Shown in pieces: positions 1-7,519 of a stretch of 18,306 bases of DNA (position 1 is its first letter; every line of letters begins with the position of its first letter). Under the pieces are notes generated by a model that saw only the letters and a list, made by a program, of their open reading frames with translations, searched no databases and was not told the origin of the DNA. Origin of the DNA: Pontiellaceae bacterium (GTDB taxonomy: Bacteria > Verrucomicrobiota > Kiritimatiellia > Kiritimatiellales > Tichowtungiaceae); contig JALOTS010000007.1 of the NCBI GenBank assembly GCA_025457785.1, positions 1 to 18,306 on the forward strand. Reading direction: 5' to 3'. Position numbers and translations under genes: made by a program.

Positions 1-319
1 CGAAGGTACGTCCGACTTCCCTCAACGGCTGAAAGTGTGACCGTGGTGAAAGTGTCCTGTTATTTACGTATTTTATGGCGATTGATAATTTGAGTACTCT
101 CTGTTCATGCAGTCACCGGTTGATCAGTGCCCGCTGAACGATGCGGCTGATGGAAAAACACGAACGGATCGACCGTCCGTAGGAATGGATAACCCCCTCA
201 CTGTTTATACAAACTGAAAAACCTGTTGCGGGCGGGACGATTCCGATTTAACCGGTTCAGCCTCTGTTCGGCCCGAACCCGGGACGCAAATGAGGCACTC
301 CCGGATGCCCTGTATTTTC

Positions 320-2464
320 CTATTTTTGGCTTTTTGCCGTTTTGAGAAGCTGCTTCAATGTGGTTTTGAATTTCTCGATTTCAAAGGTCCGCTGCATGGA
401 CTCTGCACCGGAATACCACTTTGAAAATGAGCCGTGCTGCGTTTCAAAGAGGGCTTTTTGCGCTTTGACCAGTTCGTCGTATGATTTCCGGAGATTGCCT
501 GTCAGTTCGGTGCGGTTTTCCTGCAGGCTGTAGGCAAGTGTATAGTGATACAAGGATCGGCTGAGGTGTTCCATGTAGAGACTGTAAACGCGGAGGTTGT
601 CATTGAAAAACGTCCGTTGACCGGCATCAATCTCCGGCATGATCAAGGTGCATCGAGCGGCGACATCGGAAAATTTCGGAATAGTCTGCTGCATGCCGTT
701 GAGCAGTGCTTCAATCTGGCTGGTTGCCTGGTTGGCCGCAAGATCAATGCGAAAGGTCCGGCCCGGTTCGCGCTCGAAACCGATATCCGACAGCGGATTC
801 ATATCCGGTTTTCCGGAGGTTTTGAAAAACTGTTTCGCAATCTGATCGAAGGCGCGGGCATAGCGTAAATCCTGAAAGAGAAACTGCCGCTCCATGCCGG
901 GAAATTCCGTTGGTTTGGGCTGCCAGTAGGCCTGATAATAATCACGGTAGAGCTGCGCGATTTCCCGGGCATGCGCTGCGCCGAAATATTGTGTGCAGTA
1001 GTCCAGGAGAAACCGGTCCGTGTTATAAGCTGACATGTCCCAGAGAAGCCGGGCGTTGGCTGATAATTCCATGATGAACTCGCGGAAACAGCCGACGTTC
1101 ACGACCGAGAAGTTCAGCGGGGATTTTCCGTTCACATAACGGTAGTTGAACTCCATTTTCCACGGGCCTTCCGCCGGTGCCATATGCGGTCCGGTTGAGG
1201 CGAATCCGAAATTCATATAGTAGCCGAGTTTAACCCCTGCATCGGGGTTGTGGCTGACCAGATCATTGTAAGGGTAGGGGTCGCGCCGGGCAGCCACGTA
1301 GGTCCAGATCATGTTGGATGAGACGGGCGGACGGAGCAGGCCTTTGGCCATGAGATCGGCGATTTCATCATAGAAGGTGATTCGCACATGCGGTTCCGTT
1401 TCACCCGTCACGGCCTTGATCGTATCGAGCTGAAGCTGAAGCATCTTATTGATCACGGCGGCACGGTCCGGCTCGCTCGTCGGCGCATCCTTGAAGATAT
1501 TCCAGAACGGTTCGTCTTTAGCTCCGCGAAACGCGAGGGTCCACAGGTTTTCGATGCCGCTGCGTTTCACGGTCTCCGCGTTGTATTCAAAAAATTCGCG
1601 CAGTTGCGTTTCATTCGACACGCACAGGGCCGGAGGCGGCATATCGCTCATTTCCCGCCAGTAGGGCTTCCATCTGGAGAAGGAGGTGTTGAGGCCGCTG
1701 GTATGGTGGGATGTCAGGGCAAGACCATATTTGGAGATCAGACGGGCGTACTCGCTCACTTCGTAGTTGGAAGAGATGGTCGAGTAGCCTTCGACCATGT
1801 TCATCTTCAGCCGCAGGACCGTCTCCAGCCAAATGCCGTCATTCGCCGGTGAACGTTCCCTCCATGGACTGAAAAAATCTGTATCTCCCGGCAGAATCGC
1901 ACGGAAGCGCACCTGCGGAGAGCGAAAAAAAAGATCCGTGTTTCCGGCGACAGGGATGTCTGCGGTGACTGCGGGCTTCCATGAGCACCAGTGACGCAAA
2001 GGCGGTGTTCCCAGAATATGTTCGCTGAAGCTGTAGATTGCAAAGATCGTGCCCCGCAGATCGCAACCTTCCAGATAAATGCGCTGCGCGGACGGATCGG
2101 CATAGACGCGATGGGACTCGAAGCCGTCGAGGGACTGCCGGGGCGGTTCGATGGCGGCACATGCTGGATTCGAACGGTTGATAATGACAAGGTGCGGCCG
2201 GGAACCATTCGCCGGCAGCCCTGTTTCTACCTCGGGTTTGAATCCCATTCGCAGATCAAAGTCTTCCCGTAACGCCTCAATCGCCAGCAAAACAGGTTCG
2301 GCTTCATTCTCGGCGATCACAATCGTGAACCGGTTGCGGATCAGATGAATTTCAGACGGGGCTGCCGTTTCGGTCTGCGCGGACGAGAGAGGCGCGATGG
2401 TTAAAATGACGAAAAGAAAAGTTGCCAATCCGTTCAGCCCGTTCTTTTTCTTTTTCTTTTTCAT
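320..2464 (-). CDS. Secreted glycoside hydrolase, GH115-like (alpha-glucuronidase-type family); family call tentative
   Basis: The ORF is 320..2548 (-). I place the start at ATG 2464, giving 714 aa. The N-terminus MKKKKKKNGLNGLATFLFVILTIAPLSSA|Q has a Lys-rich n-region, a hydrophobic core and an A-x-A-type cleavage site. The segment DGFESHRVY..IYLEGCDLRGTIFAIYSFSEHILGTPPLRHWCSW resembles the GH115 N-terminal signature (GsD.RGt.YG.Y.l.E.iGVSPw.wW), and VLRLKMNMV resembles the following LLRLK.N block. Both are recognised from memory; no search was run. Confidence 0.6.
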   Translation of the reverse strand: MKKKKKKNGLNGLATFLFVILTIAPLSSAQTETAAPSEIHLIRNRFTIVIAENEAEPVLLAIEALREDFDLRMGFKPEVETGLPANGSRPHLVIINRSNPACAAIEPPRQSLDGFESHRVYADPSAQRIYLEGCDLRGTIFAIYSFSEHILGTPPLRHWCSWKPAVTADIPVAGNTDLFFRSPQVRFRAILPGDTDFFSPWRERSPANDGIWLETVLRLKMNMVEGYSTISSNYEVSEYARLISKYGLALTSHHTSGLNTSFSRWKPYWREMSDMPPPALCVSNETQLREFFEYNAETVKRSGIENLWTLAFRGAKDEPFWNIFKDAPTSEPDRAAVINKMLQLQLDTIKAVTGETEPHVRITFYDEIADLMAKGLLRPPVSSNMIWTYVAARRDPYPYNDLVSHNPDAGVKLGYYMNFGFASTGPHMAPAEGPWKMEFNYRYVNGKSPLNFSVVNVGCFREFIMELSANARLLWDMSAYNTDRFLLDYCTQYFGAAHAREIAQLYRDYYQAYWQPKPTEFPGMERQFLFQDLRYARAFDQIAKQFFKTSGKPDMNPLSDIGFEREPGRTFRIDLAANQATSQIEALLNGMQQTIPKFSDVAARCTLIMPEIDAGQRTFFNDNLRVYSLYMEHLSRSLYHYTLAYSLQENRTELTGNLRKSYDELVKAQKALFETQHGSFSKWYSGAESMQRTFEIEKFKTTLKQLLKTAKSQK

Positions 2465-2620
2465 AAAAAATGCACCCGTTCGGTGAACTGATGGTTTTCT
2501 GCGCGGTTTGACATACACCCCTGAGCTTAAGCGGATGGAACTCTGCATTTTTTTTCCGGATTTTGGAATCTTTGTTTGGTTTTTTGTTCAGCAGCGAATC
2601 TGCAGCTCGGGTCTGATTAT

Positions 2621-2647
2621 TTCCGGCCCTTCGCCGAAGGGCCGGAA
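2621..2647 (-). terminator. Perfect 12-bp GC-rich hairpin downstream of the permease operon (possible terminator without a U-tract)
   Basis: TTCCGGCCCTTC-GCC-GAAGGGCCGGAA has arms 2621..2632 and 2636..2647 that are exact reverse complements. It lies 164 nt after the stop of the 2811..4088 gene and 157 nt before the GH115-like start. No T/U run follows on either strand, so its terminator function is uncertain. Confidence 0.35.
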
Positions 2648-2810
2648 CATCAGGTTGTCCTCTTCAGCTTTATGCGGCTGTGCGCTGTAAATGTTCTGAT
2701 ACGGAGTCAATCTGACTGGTATTGATTATAAGCTGTTCCCGGACGGCGCGGGCGGGAATGCCGGGTGCGGCTTGCCGCGCCGGGCGTTACTGAAACTGCT
2801 GCCATGAAGG

Positions 2811-4088
2811 TTAGAAATAACGGATCCAAAGATAAAGCATAGCGATAAAAATGGACTGAACCATGAGCGGCATGCCCCATTTCATGAACTGCCAGAAGGT
2901 GATGTGATAGCCGTTGCGTTCGCCGATCTTTGCCACGACGACGTTGGCCGACGCGCCGATGATGGTGCCGTTGCCTCCGAGGCAGGCGCCGAGTGCCAGC
3001 GCCCAGAAGAGCGGATTGTCGCCGGTCGGGGAGCCGCCGTTTTCAACAATCATTTTTTGAAGGAGCGGCAGCATGACGATGACGAATGGAATGTTGTCGA
3101 GCACGGCGGAGAGGAAGGCGCTGCCCCACAGGATGACCATGGTGGTGAGCAGCAGGTTGTCGCCGCAGAACTTCAGCATGGCGTCGGCCATCAGGTCGAT
3201 GACCCCGTTGTGTTCCAGTGCGCCGATGACAATAAACAGTCCGATGAAGAAGAGAATGGCATCCCATTCCACCACGCGCAGCATGTCTTCGCTTTTGCTG
3301 TAGCAGACGAGCAGCATAAGGGCCATGCCGCCCAGTGCGATGATGCCCGGCGGAACGTGAAGGTGGTGGTGCAGGAAAAATCCGGCAAAGATCAGTCCGA
3401 AAATGCTGAGGGAACGTTTCATTTTCTTTACGTCGCGCAGGGCGAGTTTCGGACAGGAGTCGGTTACCCGGACGCGGATGGCATCCGTTACATGAAGGTA
3501 TTTGCGCAGAATCAGCCAGGATGTGGCGATAAATACGACCGCCAGAATCAGCACGCCGGGTGTCAGGTTCTGAATGAAGTCCATGAAGGAGAGTTCAGCC
3601 CGCGAGCCGATGATGATATTCGGCGGGTCGCCGATCAGCGTGGCGGTTCCGCCGATGTTGGAGGCCAGCGCTTCCAGAATCAGGAACGGAATCGTCGGCA
3701 GTTCCAGCAGTTGGGTGATGAGAATGGTGACCGGAGCCAGCAGGATGACGGTGGTGACGTTATCGAGAAAGGCCGAGCAGATCATGGTGACCAGCAGCAG
3801 CATGATCAGGATGCCGGAGGCGTTGCCTTTCATTCCTTTGGCGACGGAGATGGCGACCCACTCAAAGAAGCCGGTTTCGGCCAGAATGGCGACGCAGGTC
3901 ATCATGCCGATCAGCAGAAAGATGACGTTCAGGTCGATGGTTTTCATGGCGCTTTCAAAGTCGAGCAGTCCCAGCAGGACAACGGCGGAAGCTCCGAGCA
4001 GGGCGGCGACGGTTTTCTGAACTTTTTCGGAGGCGATCAGAATGTAAACGATCACAAAAATAACAATCGAGGCAATCATCGGATTCAT
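2811..4088 (-). CDS. ArsB/NhaD-superfamily (P-permease / CitMHS-like) ion permease, 425 aa
   Basis: Full ORF with an ATG at 4088. The protein is polytopic and hydrophobic throughout. It has the motifs SAFLDNVTTVILLAP and GGTATLIGDPPNIIIG, a central amphipathic or cytoplasmic loop (RKYLHVTDAIRVRV..KKMKR), and a second repeat half with AVLDNIPFV and GGNGTIIGASANVV. This is the inverted-repeat architecture typical of ArsB/NhaD/CitMHS permeases. The substrate cannot be told from the sequence. Confidence 0.8.
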   Translation of the reverse strand: MNPMIASIVIFVIVYILIASEKVQKTVAALLGASAVVLLGLLDFESAMKTIDLNVIFLLIGMMTCVAILAETGFFEWVAISVAKGMKGNASGILIMLLLVTMICSAFLDNVTTVILLAPVTILITQLLELPTIPFLILEALASNIGGTATLIGDPPNIIIGSRAELSFMDFIQNLTPGVLILAVVFIATSWLILRKYLHVTDAIRVRVTDSCPKLALRDVKKMKRSLSIFGLIFAGFFLHHHLHVPPGIIALGGMALMLLVCYSKSEDMLRVVEWDAILFFIGLFIVIGALEHNGVIDLMADAMLKFCGDNLLLTTMVILWGSAFLSAVLDNIPFVIVMLPLLQKMIVENGGSPTGDNPLFWALALGACLGGNGTIIGASANVVVAKIGERNGYHITFWQFMKWGMPLMVQSIFIAMLYLWIRYF

Positions 4089-4092
4089 CGGT

Positions 4093-5025
4093 TCAGGCTC
4101 CCATTAAAATTTTGTCAACGATGCTGAAGCGGTCAATGTTGCCCAGCAGTTTTTTGTTTCCGTCCACCACATACAGAATTTGTTTGTTGCGGGTGGCGAT
4201 TTCAAAAACAATTTCCATTAACGTGGCATCCGGATGAATGACCGGAGATTCCCGCCGGATGGTGATGTCCGTAAGCCGGATGTCACGGTCGCCCTGAAAA
4301 TATTTTTCAAAAGGATCCATATTCCGGACAAAGGAAATGGTGTGCAGATTGGCGAAAAACTCGGGCAGTCCGTGAGAAAAAATATCGTAGCAGGAGATGT
4401 CGCCGGCGAAACAGCCGTCGGCATCGAGGAGGGGCAGGGAGTCGCAATGATGTTTATGCAGAATCCGGGCGGCATCCCGGAGCGTGGCGTTCGTGTCAAT
4501 ATGGCCGACCTGCGGGCGCATGATGTCCCGGGCCAGAATATTGCGGTCGATGGCGACACCGCTTTTATCAAGCAAGGTCCAGACCTCAAGGGAGGTTTTT
4601 GCGGTCAGCACGGCGCGGCGGTTTTCCTGTGACGAGAGGAAACGGACAATGGCCGCCCGGATGAGCAGCAGCAGGTTGGCCTTATCCTGCGGGACAATGG
4701 AGAGCACAAAAAACTGAGCCGGTTTCTGATCCAGACTCTGGAAATCGGCGCCTTCCGGGCAGATTCCGACGAGCGTATAGGCGTGGGTGAGTTTTTCGAG
4801 ACGGATATGCGGGAAAGCCATGCCTTCGCCCAGGCCGGTGGTCATTTCACGCTCGCGGATCAGCAGCGCCGTCAGCAGTTCGTCTTTGGTGTATCCTTCG
4901 TTTTTCAGTTCGGTGCCGTCGTAGAGCGCGTTCAGCAGATCGGTTAGAATTTCTTTTTTTTGCCGGCTGCCGCCGCGAAGTCCGGTGAGGAGTCCTTCCT
5001 CATTCAGCATAAAGCTCAGTTTCAT
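4093..5025 (-). CDS. PTS EIIA (type 2, fructose/mannitol/Ntr family) domain fused to a CBS-domain pair; putative transporter regulator, 310 aa
   Basis: ATG at 5025. The N-terminal ~150 aa carry the EIIA-2 hallmark TTGLGEGMAFPHIR, with His73 encoded by codon 4807..4809. The C-terminal ~140 aa read as two CBS motifs (ARDIMRPQVGHIDTNATLRDAARILHKHHCDSLPLLDADG.. and LTDITIRRESPVIHPDATLMEIVFEIATRNKQILYVVDGNKKLLGNI). The stop lies only 4 nt before the permease ATG. Confidence 0.8.
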   Translation of the reverse strand: MKLSFMLNEEGLLTGLRGGSRQKKEILTDLLNALYDGTELKNEGYTKDELLTALLIREREMTTGLGEGMAFPHIRLEKLTHAYTLVGICPEGADFQSLDQKPAQFFVLSIVPQDKANLLLLIRAAIVRFLSSQENRRAVLTAKTSLEVWTLLDKSGVAIDRNILARDIMRPQVGHIDTNATLRDAARILHKHHCDSLPLLDADGCFAGDISCYDIFSHGLPEFFANLHTISFVRNMDPFEKYFQGDRDIRLTDITIRRESPVIHPDATLMEIVFEIATRNKQILYVVDGNKKLLGNIDRFSIVDKILMGA

Positions 5026-5051
5026 TTTTGTTCATTCCCTTTTTTTTTCTG

Positions 5052-6737
5052 TCAGAACAGGTTTCCGATCAGTTCCGACCCCATTGCATTCAGGCTTTTC
5101 ATGTTTTTTGAGGCCTCAAGCAGATCGGAAAGCGAAAGCAGCTCTTCATAAATCATGAAACGGGCGATGTGCTGCTGATCGGGCGGTACGCTGACATGGA
5201 TTTGTCCGCCCTCACGTGACAGGGTAAAAGAGATATCGTCTTTGCGAACCTGATACGACTCCGCCTCCATCTGCAGGCGGTTGACAAAAAACTCTTCGTG
5301 CTGAAAGGCCCGCACCAGGCGCTGCATTAAAAAGTCAGCGATGTCGGGTGACGCGAACTCAACGGAGAAAACTTCTTCTTTTTCCTCCGCTTCCGGCACG
5401 CTGTGCCGCAGGCCCGCCGGGCCGTGGAAGGATTTCACCAACAGCGGCGGAGCCATCAGCGTGGTGATCATGGTCATTAAAATGGCCACGCCGAAGAGAT
5501 CCTGACCAATGCACTGGGTAGAGAGCCCAATGCCCGCAACAATCAGGGCAACTTCGCCGCGCGGAAGCATTCCCAGTCCGATCCGCAGTGCCCCGCGAAA
5601 ATTGAATTTCGTCAAATAGGCCGGAATCCCGCAGCCGGCGATTTTGGCGAAGATCGCGAGCAGCGAATAGACCAGTCCAAACAGCAGGGCTTTGCGCATG
5701 GCCGAAAAATCGACCATCATGCCCATGACGCAGAAAAAAACCGGTACGAACATGTCGTAAACACCCTGGAGACTGTTCTGCAGCTCCTGCACGACGTCTG
5801 TTCGGGAGAGTGAAAGTCCCATAATGTAGGCGCCGATAATCATGGCCAGTCCGGCCATTTCAGAAACGCCGGCCAGCATGAGAGCCAGGCCGAGCGATAT
5901 CGAGACAATGACTTCCGGAGAACCGAACCGTTTCAGCACACCGGTTAACTGCCGGGCCAGCAAAAGACCGAGCGCAGTGCAGATGATCCAGAAGCCGAGC
6001 GCCTTCAGCGCAACGATTCCGACATGGCCCCAATTCATGGTTCCACCTGCATGAATTACCTTGGTCATGCCGACTACGACCGCGAGCACAATGATGCCGA
6101 GAACATCGTCAATAACCGCTCCGGCGAGAATCGTGACCCCCTCCGGTGAGGACATTTTATGTTTCTCCGTCAGGATCCTTGCGGTGATCCCGACGGAGGT
6201 GGCGGTGGAAATGGTTCCGAGGAAAAGCGCCGCCGGATCCATAAATGAGGGGGCCATTCCGAACCAGATCGCGCAAAAGTCTCCCAGAACAAAGGAAACC
6301 AGGAGCCCGCCGAGGCCGACCAGAAACCCGATAACGGAATAACGCATGAAGACGCGCAGATCGGTGGCCAGTCCGGAAAGGAACAGGAGGATGATCGAGG
6401 CGATTGTGGCAATCGCGTAAAGCTCCGATGAAACCGGAAGGCCGATGGTTTGTGTCGCGAACAGCGGGCCGATTCCCGGCAGCGGAAGTTTCGCGCCGAG
6501 GGCATATGGGCCGATGATCATGCCGGCAACCAGTTCGCCCAGTACGCTGGGCAGTTTCAGAAAACGCTGAAACAGAAAGCCGCCAAGCCGTGCGCAGATG
6601 ATGATGAACGCGAGCTGGAGAACCAGCAGGGTCATTAATTCGGTGTGTGAATTCGCTGATGCGGTTTGTTGTACAGTTTGAGCAATCACGGTTGCGGTTT
6701 CGGCGGCATGGGCGGAGGGGTTCATCACGGCCTTCAC
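5052..6737 (-). CDS. CPA2-family monovalent cation:proton antiporter (Kef/NapA-like, Na_H_exchanger domain) with an unassigned 126-aa C-terminal cytoplasmic tail
   Basis: The N-terminal block LLVLQLAFIIICARLGGFLFQRFLKLPSVLGELVAGMIIGPYALG is the classic CPA2 TM1-TM2 signature, followed by about 12 further hydrophobic helices. The ORF start at 6737 is a GTG that overlaps the upstream stop (GTGA). An alternative ATG at 6725 (MNPSAH..) is also possible. Confidence 0.85.
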   Translation of the reverse strand: MKAVMNPSAHAAETATVIAQTVQQTASANSHTELMTLLVLQLAFIIICARLGGFLFQRFLKLPSVLGELVAGMIIGPYALGAKLPLPGIGPLFATQTIGLPVSSELYAIATIASIILLFLSGLATDLRVFMRYSVIGFLVGLGGLLVSFVLGDFCAIWFGMAPSFMDPAALFLGTISTATSVGITARILTEKHKMSSPEGVTILAGAVIDDVLGIIVLAVVVGMTKVIHAGGTMNWGHVGIVALKALGFWIICTALGLLLARQLTGVLKRFGSPEVIVSISLGLALMLAGVSEMAGLAMIIGAYIMGLSLSRTDVVQELQNSLQGVYDMFVPVFFCVMGMMVDFSAMRKALLFGLVYSLLAIFAKIAGCGIPAYLTKFNFRGALRIGLGMLPRGEVALIVAGIGLSTQCIGQDLFGVAILMTMITTLMAPPLLVKSFHGPAGLRHSVPEAEEKEEVFSVEFASPDIADFLMQRLVRAFQHEEFFVNRLQMEAESYQVRKDDISFTLSREGGQIHVSVPPDQQHIARFMIYEELLSLSDLLEASKNMKSLNAMGSELIGNLF

Positions 6738-7180
6738 GTTGTCAGTAAATTAAGAATCTCGTCCGCATTGGCGGCGGACAGAAGTCTTTCGCGCAGTCCG
6801 GGGCGGCTCAACACCTTGCTGATTTCCGCGAGAAATTGAATATGCGGGCCTGCCCGGTTTTCGGGCGAAAGGGTCATGATGAAAATGTGTGCCGGTTTCC
6901 CGTCCATCGAATCAAAGTCCACTCCGCCCGGATGGATGCCGACAGCGACAACCAGTTGATCGACGGCATTGGTTTTTCCGTGAGGAATGGCGATGCCGTT
7001 CTGCATGCCGGTTGACATTTTTTCTTCGCGGGCGAGTACGGCCTGAATCGCAGCGGTTTTTCCGGTGAGTTTTCCGGCAAAGGCCATTCCGGAAACCATC
7101 TCCTCAATGACACCTTTTTTTGTGTCCGCTTTGAGTTCCGGAAGAATGGAGTCCTTCATCAGCAGTTTCTTTAGATTCAT
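6734..7180 (-). CDS. Stand-alone PTS EIIA type-2 protein, PtsN (EIIA-Ntr)-like, 148 aa
   Basis: The ORF is 6734..7213. I prefer ATG 7180 because GAGGAAG sits 6-8 nt upstream. MNLKKLLMKDSILPELKAD..KKGVIEEMV..REEKMSTGMQNGIAIPHGKTNAV..HIFIMTLSP is a canonical EIIA-2/PtsN layout, with the phospho-His encoded by codon 6980..6982. The stop overlaps the antiporter start. Confidence 0.85.
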   Translation of the reverse strand: MNLKKLLMKDSILPELKADTKKGVIEEMVSGMAFAGKLTGKTAAIQAVLAREEKMSTGMQNGIAIPHGKTNAVDQLVVAVGIHPGGVDFDSMDGKPAHIFIMTLSPENRAGPHIQFLAEISKVLSRPGLRERLLSAANADEILNLLTT

Positions 7181-7463
7181 AGATGTCTTCCTCTGGAAAA
7201 ATGAAGCGCGCATTCTGGTCTTCTAACGCGAAGGGTCAATAAAAAAGCTTATAAAATTCAACGGCTGCCGGTTTGATGCCTTGGACGTTTCGTCTGAAGG
7301 TTTCCAGGCGCTGTTTGCTTCGCAGATTATCTTCGCATTGCCCGGCGCCGGAGCAAATTTCGGAGTAAGACAGAGAACCTCCGGGGCGCCGTTTAATCCG
7401 GTTTTATTTTACCCTTTGACCCCTCAGAGATCCCGCCGGCGAAGCGGGCGGCAGAGAATCTCC

Positions 7464-7503
7464 GTCCGCCTGCTTGTGCGTGTACGCACGCGGACAGGCG
7501 GTC
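7464..7503 (-). terminator. Composite GC-rich hairpin after the CPBP protease gene (putative terminator)
   Basis: CCGCCTG (7466..7472) pairs with CAGGCGG (7495..7501). This stem encloses GTGCGT-GT-ACGCAC (7476..7489). The hairpin lies 17-56 nt downstream of the stop at 7520. No clear U-tract follows. Confidence 0.35.
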
Positions 7504-7519
7504 CGTTGCTGCAGGATTC

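Noticed and set aside
1-319. Unassigned lower-GC region at the window start, with a direct repeat TGAAAGTGT (x2, around 30..55) and a small stem GTTCGG-CC-CGAAC near 264..278
   Set aside because: There is no ORF of useful length and no tRNA-like or known RNA motif I can recognise. A plus-strand frame ending ..EGTSDFPQRLKV* at base 40 might be the tail of an upstream gene, but that cannot be supported from 13 codons. The stem has no U-tract.
2444-2461. Perfect (AAAAAG)x3 hexanucleotide repeat on the minus strand encoding the KKKKKK run of the GH115-like signal peptide. Other 8-9-nt homopolymers occur at 1925..1932, 2548..2555, 4954..4961 and 5040..5048.
   Set aside because: Slippage of the hexamer would stay in frame. 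The homopolymers are short and ordinary for Lys/Phe codons or spacers. I see no evidence of phase variation from a single sequence.
2465-2548. N-terminal extensions offered by the ORF track (2548 for the GH115-like gene; likewise 7213, 8431, 12219, 12664 and 13834 for other genes)
   Set aside because: In each case an internal ATG with a better ribosome-binding context begins exactly at a signal peptide or at the conserved family N-terminus. The extensions add basic or irregular residues, or run into an upstream terminator.
2744-2782. 8-bp GC stem CGGCGCGG/CCGCGCCG immediately downstream of the permease stop
   Set aside because: The loop is 23 nt and no U-tract follows. GC-rich self-complementarity of this size arises easily by chance in GC-rich DNA. 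The perfect 12-bp hairpin at 2621..2647 is the better terminator candidate.
2904-4127. 407-aa plus-strand ORF covering almost the whole permease gene
   Set aside because: It is the antisense shadow of a gene with clear membrane-transporter motifs. Its translation is low-complexity and rich in D, G, Q and H (e.g. HDDDEWNVVEHGGEEGAAPQDDHGGEQQ). It has no recognisable domain, signal or ribosome-binding context. Long antisense ORFs are expected in GC3-biased genes.
7262-7284. Possible sigma-54 -24/-12 element (minus strand AAGGCATCAAACCGGCAG) upstream of the PtsN-like gene. This was tempting because ptsN is classically linked to rpoN.
   Set aside because: Only the GG-N10-GC spacing and GGCA match. 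The -12 box is CGGC instead of TTGC, and the T before GG is missing. That is too weak to call by eye and would need a scored PWM scan plus conservation.
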